DNA of 64,000 nucleotides from NCBI GenBank assembly GCA_951406725.2, contig OX597820.1:95976001-96040000 (forward strand), given 5' to 3'. The notes beneath the pieces are model-generated. The model made no database searches. It had not been told where the DNA came from and saw nothing but the letters and a program-made list of their open reading frames with translations. The position numbers were made by a program, and so were the translations under genes. This document shows positions 13,157 to 24,755 of the stretch, one piece after another. The stretch is from Octopus vulgaris (taxonomy: Eukaryota). Numbering within the stretch: position 1 is the stretch's first letter; every line of letters begins with the position of its first letter.

Positions 13157-13262
13157 GTATATAGATATTAATTTATGCATGTATATATATAATATAGATA
13201 TATGTGATATATACATATATACAAGTATATTTATATTTTATATATATTTTATATATATGTCC

Positions 13263-13472
13263 GAGTCAGACGCCATGATAGATCGTTAGCCACTACACAC
13301 ATTTTTTCTCTCCTTGTTTCTCTCCTTGTTTTTTCTGTGTCCCTTTCTGTAGAAGAGCGTAGGCTCGAAACGTAAAATACTTTTTCTATTCCCGGGCGTT
13401 ATACTAATACATCTGTTTGTTTTGTACACCACCTGTCTTCGTCTTTAGTTTTTTTTTCGTAAACTCTCCCTA
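13263..13472 (+). mobile_element. Solo PLE terminal repeat with variant hammerhead (13344-13377)
   Basis: Collinear with 52430-52620. Motif TTT-CTGTAGA-A-GAGC-GTAG-GCTC-GAAAC-GTA-AAA. Confidence 0.7.
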
Positions 13473-14114
13473 TATATAAATGAAAAAGCTGAAAGAAAAA
13501 GAACCAAGATTGATAAGACTCAATTATATAAAAATCTGGCCTAATGCTTCATCGTTTTAACTACTTTACTAACCTGAATACTTTAACCAATATTCATGAG
13601 AGAAACCGTATTGTGATGTTAAATAGATATTAAATGCTATTTGTGATAATTGTGATAATCATAATTGATAATTGTAATTTCTTATACAGGTACAATCCAT
13701 AGATGGGGATTTTAGTCCAGTGAAACAAAGCTAGCACACGACTAATGTTTATGTCATCGAATCTATACTTATAAATGTAATGTCGACGTCGGTGAGAATT
13801 AAAACTCAGGACGTAAAGAAAAGTAAAGGAACGTAAATAATGTGCTGCAAGGCATTTTGGCGTTTTACCGTATTTGCTTCTCCAGTAAACATGATAAAAT
13901 TAGAATTGTTTTGACAAATATATTGAGCTGTCAAAGGAATGACATATTTGATGATGGCATTAACAAGAACAGACATAGTAGAACTGTGAACTACTTTAGT
14001 AATAATAACATTTCTTGAGAGAATGGCGATTATAACCACAATCAATATTAATAACAACGACAATGGTAAGTTTTGTTTTCATTATAATTAGTTCTTTCAA
14101 CTACGACAATAATA

Positions 14115-14330
14115 ATACTTTCTATTATAGACACAAGGTTGGAAATTTTAAGGAAGTGGGTAGTTGACTACATCGAACCGAGTATTCAGCTGTTAGTTAT
14201 ATTATCGACCCCGAAATGATGACAGGCAAAGACAACCTCGCAGAATTTGAACTCATAACGTAAAAGTGGACGAAATACCGCTACGCATTAGATTTTGGAA
14301 CAGGCGGCCAAAAGTATTTTCTTTTAAATC
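14115..14330 (-). mobile_element. SINE family A copy
   Basis: ATCGACCCCGAAATGATGACAGGCAAAGACAACCTCGCAGAATTTGAACTC is the reverse complement of the family core. Confidence 0.75.
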
Positions 14331-14862
14331 GTCATAATGTTCTAAATAGTGGATATGTGTATAGAAATGCTCTAATGTGTATGATATTTTCTCTTTCGAA
14401 TTAGTTGTATCGCTGAGCAAAAATTTAACACTGCTAAAACGCAAAGATATTAGAGCTTCTTACATAGTATTAAAGTAGACAACACTACAACACATTTTTA
14501 CATTAGTACACAAAATTTTCCTCAAATCATACCCTAAGAATTGTCTGAGCGATGGACAAAAGACTTTGCAGTATTTGTTCCACTCTCTACGGTGTGAGGA
14601 ACTCTGAGCAGGTGCGATAAACTACTCTGTATTGACCTGGTAATATGGTGCTTTGTGTAGCATTGTCAGGGGTTTGGAAACAACCTTTGTATTTTCTTAC
14701 GATTAATACCATAACTAACATATAGTGATTATTGCAGAATTCAGTGGAGACTGTTCATTGACCTGCATCTGCAAGGAAGCGTTAATAGAGGATGGTTACA
14801 GCCTAATTGTCTTTGATAATAAATTTGCTCAATTGGACACAAGGCTGGCATTCAGTAAGCAG

Positions 14863-14970
14863 GAGAAGAAGAAGAAGAAGAAGAAGAAGAAGAAGAAGAA
14901 GAAGAAGAAGAAGAAGAAGAACAACAACAACAACAACAACAACAGCAGCAGCAGCAGCAATAACAGCAAC
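14863..14970. repeat. Compound (AAG)n(AAC)n(AGC)n microsatellite
   Basis: Direct reading. Confidence 0.95.
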
Positions 14971-15874
14971 AAGAAAAACGAGAACAACTGCAAGTAATAT
15001 CACCCTCGATTATGTCATGCTATATTACAGTAAATAATACAAATGAGTCCATTAAACAACGTCTGCAAGCAGCCATGTGTCAATATCTTATATGTATTTA
15101 TATTTCATTTACGTGAACATATTATAATATATTATGTACATCCATGACAACAACGACTATGCTTTCATCCAATTATCTACTGAGATATCTAAAATTAGGA
15201 GGGAAATGGAAAATCTTGTATATTCTACAATAACACTGGAAAATGCATAAAAATGGAAAAAAGAGAAACGACATTGAAAGAGAAAGGAAAAAATGGAAGA
15301 ACTCGCTAAAATTTAATGATTTCGTACAAATGCATTAATGACGTAAAGTCTTATTATATACTGCCTTCCTCTGTAACAGAATATAGCTTTATCATCAGTT
15401 TATTTTGGTTTTACCAATCAACTAGCGGTGATTAAATGCGTTGCAGTATTCTGTTTCGCCTGTCACTAATGAGATAATGAATCATTTGACTCGATTTATC
15501 TGGTTCAACGCCATATTTATGGTTTTTCTTTTGCCCTTTTTCTTTTATTAACCGAAACGGTGACATTGTTCTAAGATCAGTCAATCAATCTTAGCTTTAT
15601 AGAACTCATAACATCATTAGCGTGACGATGCTGAGATGTATATATATATGAGTAAACATAAAAGAAACCTACGCAAACATGCCTAACCGGTTATTGTCAT
15701 CGAACGTCATGCTAAAGAGAGCAGCTAAATCTGTGGAAGGGCGTATTTGCAGTTACACAGTCGTGTAACAGCAAAAAAAAAGACAGAATGATCATAACAG
15801 GATTATCTTTAATCATAAAACATTGATCCTGGGAGAATGGTTGATCTTTAGCTCAATGATGTCAATAATAGTGC

Positions 15875-16065
15875 GGCGGCGAGCAGGCAGAATCATTAGC
15901 AAACCGGACAAAATGCTACGCAACATTTTGTCCGGCTTTACGCTCAGCTACTTCCGAGATAGACCTTATTTTTTATCCTTTCAGCATTGATAAAATAAAT
16001 ACTAGTTGAGTATTCTCCCCATCCCACAAAACATTTCAGGCTTTGTGCCAATAGCGGAAAAGCTT
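15875..16065 (+). mobile_element. SINE family A copy (degenerate)
   Basis: GGCGGCGAGCAGGCAGAATCATTAGC head and TCCTTTCAGCATTGATAAAATAAATAC core. Confidence 0.75.
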
Positions 16066-16084
16066 ATTGCTGTTATTGTTATCG

Positions 16085-16420
16085 TCTTAACTCAGGATTG
16101 GTTTTATCACTCGCAAAATCTATGTGGGTAGCAGGTTATTCCCTGTAACCTTAGATATCCACATGATTTCAATAAGCCATCAAGTGCTCAAAACCTTTCT
16201 GATCATCTTTCCTTTTCCTAAGAGGCAAATCCTCATAGATCATACACAGGAATTCCATTCCTATTTCCATTACAAATTTGTCTAATTCATCAATCACAGT
16301 CCTTAATGCACATATTACCACAGGTACAACCTGTATGGATTGCATGTTCTAAATTTCACAATCTCAAATTTTGAGAGGTTGAACAAGAACTATGTATTTC
16401 TCAAGAAGAAATGTATGTTG
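16085..16420 (-). mobile_element. R4/Dong 3' fragment
   Basis: Reverse strand reads NMQSIQVVPVVICALRTVIDELDKFVMEIG..RICLLGKGKMIRKVLST*, equivalent to the PxIxGALG..LLGTAxILRKVL C-terminus of the other copies. Confidence 0.65.
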
Positions 16421-16740
16421 TTCACGTCATAAGAAGTTGGAAACGTCAAGAGAATGTGAAATAATTGGGGAGTATTTTACGGTTGGACTCGAAGAAGATA
16501 AAGCTATAAATGATAGTGTTCAAATATTAAATATTAAAACATCCTTCGGACAGCCTTCGTGCTTTTCAATCCAACGGATTTTTAACCCAATATTCACACA
16601 ATATTATTCATAGCTTTATCAGCTTCGAGTTCAACCGTTAGAAAAAGAACTGTTTTTGAATAATTTTTAAAAAATGAATCGCAGATTTTTTTTTTTTTGT
16701 AGTAACTATGAGACAAAATATAAATATTACAGGATAAATA

Positions 16741-16960
16741 TACGAGGGGATGCTGAAAAGTTCCTGTTTTTGGATAAAAGAAAATACAAGAGGATCAGTT
16801 AATTATGATTTTATTCAACATATTCTCCTCCCTTAATTCACGCACTCATTGCTGCGGTCTTTCAGTTTTTCTAAGCCCTGTATAAGAACTCTGATGATTG
16901 GGCCTCCAACGAGGCCTTCCGCGATACTCTTAAAACGAGGAAGTTTTCAGCACTCCCTTC
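16741..16960. mobile_element. Mariner-type MITE
   Basis: TACGAGGGGATGCTGAAAAGTTCC at left versus GGAAGTTTTCAGCACTCCCTT at right (inverted). About 220 bp, non-coding. Confidence 0.75.
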
Positions 16961-17144
16961 CTTTAATTTTGCAACGCATGTATTAAAATATGGATGTTTC
17001 GTGAAAGCATGTGAAAGAAAGATTACTCAATAACAAATAACATTGGATAAGAAGAATATCGCGAATGATTGCATTAATAATAAATAGCATTGCATTAATT
17101 GCAATAATTGCATTAATAATAAATAACAATAAATTTGAGCTCTC

Positions 17145-17508
17145 CTTATGAGAGCTCAAAATCTCTCGTGGAAGCGTCATCCAACCAAAATACAAATATA
17201 TGGGAAACTACCAACCAAAATACAAATATATGGGAAACTACCACCTGTATCATCTCTTGGAAAAGGTAGAAGAGTCCAGTTTGCTGGACATTGTTGTAGA
17301 GCTGAAAACGAGGTAATTTCTACTCTTCTCCTCTGGAAGCCATCTGCTCGCGATACCAGAGGGCGCACACTCTCCTACCCTGATGTCATCTCCAGGGATA
17401 CAGGCATCCAACAACAGGACTTCCGTAATGCTATGATGGACCGTGAAGTCTGGCGTAACATAGTAAAATCCATTGACTCGACCACGGTCGAACAATGATG
17501 ATGATGAT
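17145..17508 (+). mobile_element. 5'-truncated RTE-group LINE 3' end with (ATG)n tail
   Basis: ORF 17148-17498 has RRVQFAGHCCR..LLLWKP..RGRTLSYPDVISRDTG..AMMDREVWR, followed by TGATGATGATGA. Contains an in-frame 30-bp tandem duplication at 17181-17240. Confidence 0.85.
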
Positions 17509-17709
17509 AAATAGCGTAATGTGATTATTCCTCATAATCTGAATCTCCGTGAGAAATATATTCACCCAAATCAAGCCAACATAAATTAATTGTGATTGTG
17601 ACGTTTTCGACCTCTCAGTTTCGTAAACACCATTCTAATGAGGATGGAGGGTGTTAAACATAGAGATTTTGCAGCGTTTAATCCATTAAAAATATTATTG
17701 TAGCGTTAC

Positions 17710-17890
17710 TGTTAACTCCATATCAAGTCTCATTGATTAGATTTTTGGTCAAAGCATTGTACCCATGTTCTTCCTGTATTTTACCTGTCTACAAAGAAGC
17801 CAGGGTATCTTTAGCCAATATGTCCGGCTAAAGACAGTGGGTGTGATTCCAACGAGATTTAGCTTGTATGTCTAACAGGTCGCGTTAGCA
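17710..17890 (+). repeat. Degenerate copy of an unclassified dispersed repeat (related segments at ~15710-15860 -, 36800-36930 +, 58415-58585 +, 61470-61605 -)
   Basis: Shared blocks of the type TGATCAAAGGCATTCCAGC..CATCC.GTCTTTT and GTGTGATTT..AGATTT.GCTG.TAT.TCTA.CAGG. Heavily diverged. Confidence 0.45.
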
Positions 17891-17964
17891 ACGAAGCATC
17901 TACTAATGGGTGATCTCCAGCAGAATATAATGAGGCATTTTGTATAGACTGCTGAGGATTATGT

Positions 17965-18672
17965 TTAAGGACCACCTAATCTCTGGATGTAAAGTCTTAG
18001 CTCCAGTGGAGTATAAATTAAAACATGACAGAGTTGGCCAATATCTTCACTGGCTAATAAGTCGGCATTACAATATCAAAACTGCCGACAAGTGGTATAA
18101 TCACCACCCTGAGGCTGTAACTGAAGGAGAAAATGTAACCATTCTGTGGGACTTTCCAGTACATACAGACCGAACCATCAAGGCCAATAAACCAGATATT
18201 GTTGTGAAAGACCAAAACAATAAAGTTTGCTTATTGATCGACATGAGCATCCCCTGTGATCATAATATCTCAGCGAAAGAGTTTGACAAGCTCAGAAAAT
18301 ATAAAGACCTACTCATTGAAATTGAGAAAATGTGGCATCTCAAGGCGGTTACAATACCAGTGATCGTAGGAGCACTAGGAATGATCAAGAAGGGAACCGA
18401 AAATTATATGAGAATGATCCCTGGCTTACCATCCCTGCAAGAAGTGCAAAAGATTGTCTTAACTGGTACATCACACGTATTGAGAAGAGCATTGTCGATG
18501 TGAGAACTGTTGCTGCTCATGTATTTTAATTTAACTTGAAAAAAAAAACAAAAAACGAACTATTGAGTTTGGTTTAATGGCCTACCAATGTATACTATGA
18601 GTTTCTTTGCCCTAGGAGTCGGGAAGACACTCGGCAAGAAATGGAAGCAAATTTGAAAGAAGAAAAAAAAAG
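17965..18672 (+). mobile_element. 5'-truncated R4/Dong copy with uninterrupted REL domain, 3'UTR and (TAA)n tail
   Basis: ORF 17940-18503: DHLISGC..YKLKHDRVGQYLHW..ILWDFPVHTDRTIKANKPDIVV..LLIDMSIPCD..KYKDL..PVIVGALG. (TAA)n at 18673-18691. Confidence 0.92.
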
Positions 18673-18939
18673 TAATAATAATAATAATAATAGCTTCGTG
18701 GGAGTTTACCATTCAAATAGAACATAAGAAGATACTGTAATAAGAAAACTTGAATTTGCTTTCTGAGTGATTCATCAAAGTTCGAAGGATCACTTTGGTA
18801 CAATATTAGGACTTCTGTCATGTTGATAGAATGTGTGGGTCATCTTATGTGGGTAGACTTCGACAAAACCAAACTTTGTATCCGTACTATAATCTTAAGG
18901 AGAACATAAGCTACGTCAACTCCCCGCCCCGTCTATCAT

Positions 18940-21130
18940 AGATAGCGTATCCAACGGATTTCATCACTATCCTCCAGTAAGGAAATAATCGAACAATACG
19001 CTGAATTGCACCCTACAACGCGCCGGTTATATGAATTCGATCGACTATATTGTGTGGAACAACACTTCCTCTACTAAACCCAGAACCAAGAACACATCAC
19101 CTTACCTCCATCGAATAAAGCTAACAATATTCCCCATATTCCACCGTTCCACTATCTTCCTAAATTTCAGAGTGGTAGAAGACCTACCAGGCACTCCTTC
19201 GATCCTAAGTCCGTCGCTGCCCACCGAAAGCAAAACCAGCGCGCACCTCCGAAACCCTATCTACACTCCGATGGTTCCCTTAATCGGAATAAACGGACAA
19301 GGACACGTGACGTTATCTCCTTCCACGCCTTCGCTTGTAATATCCGGACCCATGTACTCAAGCTCTTATTCGCTCTGCTCGAGAAACATTTTCCTCAGTC
19401 CAGCTCCATTAGAAAAATATTTAGCTCCCAATCTATAAAGTTTTCCTTCTCCACCACCACCACCACCACTAATATTGCCGGGGTAATCCGACATCCTAAC
19501 AAGAAACTCAGAAACTTACAATTAGCTAACCTTTATCATAATAACATAACTCACTCTAACCCCCAAACCCATACCCGTAAACATGGAACACCCCTAAACA
19601 CCCCTAAACCTCCTTACCAACAATGACCCACATAGCTCACAACCAAACTATAACTAATACAGACATAAAGAACGATAGTGATAATATCCTTAGATATGAA
19701 AACCACCATAAGTTACATACTTCTGACGTCTCCCTTAACCCCCCCTCCCAATACTAATTCTAACGCTGCCACAGACAATGAACACAACACCGGACCTTCA
19801 CTAAATAACAATCACCGTAGAAATTCTTCTCCTGCACTCCTACGATATTGTGCCGCCGTAGACATCCAGCCACCCATCCGTTAGATAATTGTATACAAAT
19901 ACACGGTATCAGCTGCCAATTCTAACTATATATATATATACTAGCAGTATCGCCCGGCGTTGCTCGGGTTTGTAAGGGAAATAACTATATAAGCATTTTT
20001 AGAGAGTTATAGCCAAAAAATAGCAAAAAAATGCATTAAAAATGGAAAAAAATGATGGTAATTTTTTTTTAAATCGTTGACTCATCGTAGACATTTTTAG
20101 AGAGTTAATTCCCTTATATAATAGCGAAAAAATGCATTAAAATGGAAAAGAATGATGGTAATTTTTTTTTTAAATCGTAGACTCAGCGTAGACGCGCGCT
20201 AATACCCAGAAGGGCTCGATATGAATCACGACTATAAGATACCCGGTTTTGGTTAAACTGCACCGCAAAATGTGGGAGTAGTTAGGAATCTAAATCGTAG
20301 GAGACAGACACACAACTTCACTTTTATATATAAAGATATATATATTTTTTTATTTTTATTTTTCCTACCTGTCATCCTTATCTTTTATATTTTATAAGTT
20401 CTCACAATTTTTTATCTCCACACATAACCCACCTACACATGAAAATATACAAGTGCTCACCTACGCGTACACATCTACTAGATTCTGCAGACGCGCGGCA
20501 TATACGCGCGCTCGTGCTAATACCCACTCATAATTTTAGGCTTTAGCTACTACTACTACTATCTTCCAATTCACTTACCTTCCTTACATTTTAAAATTAA
20601 TCTACTACTACCAGCTAGATAAACATAATTTAGGCCATTCTCTGACCAAAAATACATTAACTTCCACCTCCTCCCCTTCCCTCCCTTCAACCTATCCAAT
20701 TCAAATACGACTTCTATATTTTCTTCTTTTGACTGTTTAAATGGCTTTATAGAATGCTACAAAATGTTTGCTTATCTATCCTGCGAATGACTCCAGCCTA
20801 TATTCATAAATACATTTCCCCAGCCAATTTCAAAAGCACACCTTCTCTCCCCACCCGCCGCACTTTACTCGTATTCTTCTTCTCCATAACAAACTTACCT
20901 ATTCACATATATATATATTTCTTTTATTTTTTTCTTCTTCACTAATGTTTTTCTCCCGAACTGTACTTCTACGTATTTCGAACGAATCCCCTGCGAATTA
21001 ACGCGGGATCTCCAAACGTCAATGCAAACTTCATATAATTGATAGATCCTTGGCCTGAAGAGGAATAACTTGCGGTCTACCTCTCGTTTGGATAATTACT
21101 ACTTCCGAGATTCTGCAGGCTATGAAACAT
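18940..21130 (+). mobile_element. Decayed Penelope-like element (RT C-terminal/linker region + terminal repeat), interrupted by a Helitron
   Basis: 19305-19510 reads RDVISFHAFACNIRTHVLKLLFALLEKHFPQSSSIRKIFSSQSIKFSFS..NIAGVIRHPNKK, resembling the PLE motif WFNPPF..N.KT..G..F..L..KHFP..KIF. Degenerate CTGAAGA-GGAA..TTCC-GAGA at ~21055-21110. Boundaries uncertain. Confidence 0.55.
19941..20336 (-). mobile_element. Complete 396-bp non-autonomous Helitron
   Basis: Minus strand begins A|TCTTTATATATAAAAG and ends ...CCCGAGCAACGCCGGG-CGATACTG-CTAG|T. This gives 5' TC, a GC hairpin (19953-19968) about 12 nt from a CTAG end, an A^T target and no TSD. Internal ~100-bp tandem duplication at ~19994-20192. 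Confidence 0.9.
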
Positions 21131-22481
21131 ATGTAGCCTAATTTTGGGATATGTGTTTGTGTGTATGTGTGTGAATGTGTATGGAGAAAGAGAGAAGACA
21201 CACATACGCATGTATAGACACACGTATGCGTTGGTGGAAGGAAAAGGAGTATAAAATAAAATTGATGGTACGATGGACATGTATTTTTGGTATTTCAAAT
21301 AATTTTCTATTATCTGATTGAATCTGGTGTAGTGTCACGTTGATTCATTTCTAGATATAGATTTATATCAATCATTGAGGACTTGATGACAGTGGAAAAT
21401 ATTGTATCTCCATAAATCTATTGGGCATAATAATCTTGAGATATGTTATTTATTTTATGTTAGTCAGTGCACATATCAATTACATAGAGTCGACTTATTG
21501 ATAATTCATTTTTAGTTTTAACAGGCTTAGGTTTTCTTTTGCTATGTTCGTATGATTAACCATTCAGTTATATGTCGTATCTTAGTTTTCTTTCTCCTTA
21601 TTTATTTTACTTATTTACACTGTTAAATAAATATATACAAATATAACTGAAAAATGTTGAAGCGTAGAACTCGCTTCAATAAACTGTTAACTAATTTTGA
21701 AATTATAAACAATAAATTATTTGGTTATAAGAAGCAATATTTCATGTAATAGTGTTTTTTATTTGACGTAAATAATGTTGAAAGTTACATTTATACTTGC
21801 AAGTTTTTCAAAAAGGATCTATTATAAACAATATGTCTGGCTTCCTATAAGATGACTGAGAGTCGAATTTGTTTGACACATAGGTGAACATTATCTTGAT
21901 GTAAAATGGATGAGTTGATACTGGAATAATTAGACTTCCAGGTGTGTCAACATTAAAAACCCGCTATATTTCATTGTTCCTATGCCAATTATTTAATTCT
22001 GTATTCCTTCACCTCTCTTAGTTATGGGAACTGAATACTCGGCTTGTCAGGAAATTTTATCTTTTGAGAGCACATTTAACTACCATCAGCTTAAGAAGAC
22101 GAAAACTGTGTTAAACATTGACAGTATAGAATTTGTAGCCGGGTTACTCAGACACGTGTATGAAATAAAATGTAAATCAAGAAAAGAAGAATGTTTTATA
22201 GAAAAAAACATATTTCAATTTTTCTTTTAAATTAACGTCTATTTTAAACTTGGGCTACAATGGAATTGAATTTACGTTTTATGAATGTCAATTTTATAAC
22301 ACAAAAAATTATTTCGAATGATGAAGGAAATGTACGCTGTGCATGTAAGTATATAGTTGAACATATACATATATTTCAGATATCATCAATAATAAATTTT
22401 AATGCGATACAGATAAGGATTATTTGAAGTTTGAAGTTTTCAATTTTGTATAGTGTCATATCATATTTACATATGTATCTA

Positions 22482-22848
22482 GGAGGCGCAATGGCCCAGT
22501 GGTTAGGGCAGCGGACTCTCGGTCGTAGGATCGCGGTTTCGATTCCCAGACCGGGCGTTGTGAGTGTTTATTGAGCGAAAACACCGGCAGGGACGGTGGT
22601 GATGCCTGCTGTACTCTTTCACCACAACTTTCTCTCACTCTTACTTCCTGTTTCTGTTGTACCTGTATTTCAAAGGGCCGGCCTTGTCACTCTCTGTGTC
22701 ACGCTGAATATCCCCGAGAACTACGTTAAGGGTACACGTGTCTGTGGAGTGCTCAGCCACTTACACGTTAATTTCACGAGCAGGCTGTTCCGTTGATCGG
22801 ATGAACCGGAACCCTCGTCGTCGTAACTGACGGAGTGCTTTCATCATC
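22482..22848 (+). mobile_element. Full-length young tRNA-derived SINE (family C) with perfect 13-bp TSD
   Basis: A box TGGCCCAGTGG, B-box-like GGTTTCGATTCCC, (CAT) tail. TSD ACATATGTATCTA at 22469-22481 and 22849-22861. Confidence 0.93.
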
Positions 22849-22964
22849 ACATATGTATCTATCCCAATCACATGCACGCACTAACTTACACACGTACGCA
22901 GACACACACGCGCATGCACACACACACACACACACACACACACAATGTAGTTTATATATATACG

Positions 22965-23105
22965 ACAGGCTTCTTTCAGCTTACGCCTAGCAAATCCACC
23001 TTTGAGACTCTATTTGACTTGATGCTATAGCAGAAGATACGCAAGTAAGTGAGATTAAACTGAATCCATGTTGTTAGGAAGCAACCTTCTTACAATGTAG
23101 CCAGG
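22965..23105 (-). mobile_element. 5' fragment of SINE family B
   Basis: GGCTTCTTTCAG..AAATCCAC..TATAGCAGAAGA is the reverse complement of the family B head seen at 47340. Confidence 0.6.
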
Positions 23106-23770
23106 ATTACTCCTTGGTTTTTGGGTTCCAAATTATGAACTTGGATCATATTGATATGGAGTCATTCATACTCCTGCAATACAGCCACTGTGGTTCTAGC
23201 CATTCTAATATTCACTAAGTTTCACCAAATTTAACAAAAGCACGAATTCAAGTCAATTTATATTGATTGGGTGTGGCATGCTGAAGGAAAGGGTCGGTGG
23301 GAGAGATCTACATATTAAATCAAACACATAAAATGGAAGAAGGAAGGAAGGGAGAGACGAGGTCAAGCAGAAGGCCTGAAATATACTTAAAATCTAACAG
23401 ATCGAGAACTATGAGTTTAACGATAAATAAAACAAATGTTGGGAACAAGTGGGAGTGATGTATCGGTTAGTTGGAGATGGAAGGAGATGGAGGAAATAGC
23501 AAACGACAAGGTTGGGATAATGGTAATGATTTGATTAGTAGGAAAAATAGGATATGGAAAAGAACGATAGTGGGTCTAACTGGGTCAGTATTATGATATA
23601 CAAAATATAAATCAATGATATAGTAATGTGAGTAATTTCATTGAAAAAAAATTATAATTCAAAATATGGAAGACTAAACAATAAAAAATTACATATATGA
23701 CTTTGTGTGTATGTGTGTGAGTGTGTGTGTGTGTGTGAGTGTGCGCGCATCGATCCAGCCATACATCCAT

Positions 23771-23841
<71 letters not shown>

Positions 23842-23857
23842 CGATATGTAAATGGAG

Positions 23858-23988
23858 AAATAAATAACAATGAGAAGTGGATCATTAGTGTTATAAAGCC
23901 ATTAGTTAATTAATTACTCTCATCTTAATTAATTAATTAAACAATGGCTTTATAACACCAAAGATCCACTTCTCATTGTTATTTATTT
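23858..23988. repeat. ~60-bp inverted arms with a short loop (fold-back cassette between microsatellites)
   Basis: AAATAAATAACAATGAGAAGTGGATCATTAGTGTTATAAAGCCATT pairs with AATGGCTTTATAACACCAAAGATCCACTTCTCATTGTTATTTATTT. Confidence 0.85.
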
Positions 23989-24147
23989 ATCCGTTTTCTT
24001 ATCGTCTTTATATACATTAAGCTATGGCTTACCTTTTAAATTACCTACTACCGTATATCTTATAACAAGGACCATACATACTGAGGTAATTACCAGGAGT
24101 GCCGCTGGATACATCCCTTAGATGGTTTTAATACCTCTAACTTATAT

Positions 24148-24186
<39 letters not shown>

Positions 24187-24191
<5 letters not shown>

Positions 24192-24388
24192 CATGACAGA
24201 AGTAAAAACACACCCTTATATTCGTTAAAATTAATTATTATAACATGAATATCTAAGGCTTGGGTGAGCTTCTTTTGTACGTGGCATGGTTAAACATTCA
24301 CATATAGAACCTAAAACATATAAAATAAAGTCAAAATAAATATAAAACGATGTTTTATGGGGTGTCTATTTACTTCTGTCATGTGTGT
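24187..24388. mobile_element. MITE with ~33-bp TIRs
   Basis: ACAGACATGACAGAAGTAAAAACACACCC matches the reverse complement of GGGGTGTCTATTTACTTCTGTCATGTGTGT. Confidence 0.7.
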
Positions 24389-24551
24389 GTGTGTGTATGT
24401 GTTTGTATTATGACTGATATAGCTGATTAAAAATGTTGAATGTAGCTAAGTCAAAAAAGCTAACAACAAGGAAAATATTACTTTAATAGCGAAATTTTGT
24501 TTCTTTAGGTACTTTGAGCCGTGAGCTGTTACGTCCGTATATCAATATATA

Positions 24552-24755
24552 AAGGCGGTGAGCTTGCAGACTCGTTACCGTACCGATAAAATGTTTTGTG
24601 GCATTTCATCCGTCTTTAGATTCTGAGATCAAATTCCGCCGAAGTTCATCTTTTCGGGGTCGATCATGTAAGTGCAAGCTGAGCATTGGTGTTGATGTAA
24701 TCGAATATTTCCTCACCCAAGTTTTCAAGCCTTTTGCCTATTGTAGAAAGGATTA
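24552..24755 (+). mobile_element. SINE family A copy
   Basis: AAGGCGGTGAGCTTGCAGA..TCAAATTCCGCCGAAG..TTTCGGGGTCGAT. Confidence 0.8.

Noticed and set aside
13806-14063. 85-aa minus-strand ORF with a hydrophobic N-terminus (signal-peptide-like)
   Set aside because: It has a non-ATG start, its hydrophobicity comes from low-complexity (ATT/GTT)-rich sequence and it has no recognisable motif.
14725-15037. ORFs with poly-K/N/S, poly-R/T/A or poly-L (also 1648-1962, 40606-40987, 44886-45308, 57523-57824)
   Set aside because: Translations of trinucleotide microsatellites, open in several frames and on both strands.
17181-17240. 30-bp direct repeat (and similar ones at ~45643-45703 and ~19994-20192) as a CRISPR-like array
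   Set aside because: Only two adjacent units with no spacers. These are simple tandem duplications within eukaryotic TEs.
17940-18503. 187-aa ORF as a host or domesticated nuclease gene
   Set aside because: It is the 3' end of a truncated R4/Dong LINE with its UTR and (TAA)n tail. The ORF-track start is a TTG in flanking DNA.
22482-22556. tRNA gene (also 47340 and 50491)
   Set aside because: A/B boxes are present, but no complete cloverleaf is evident and each continues into a SINE or PLE body.
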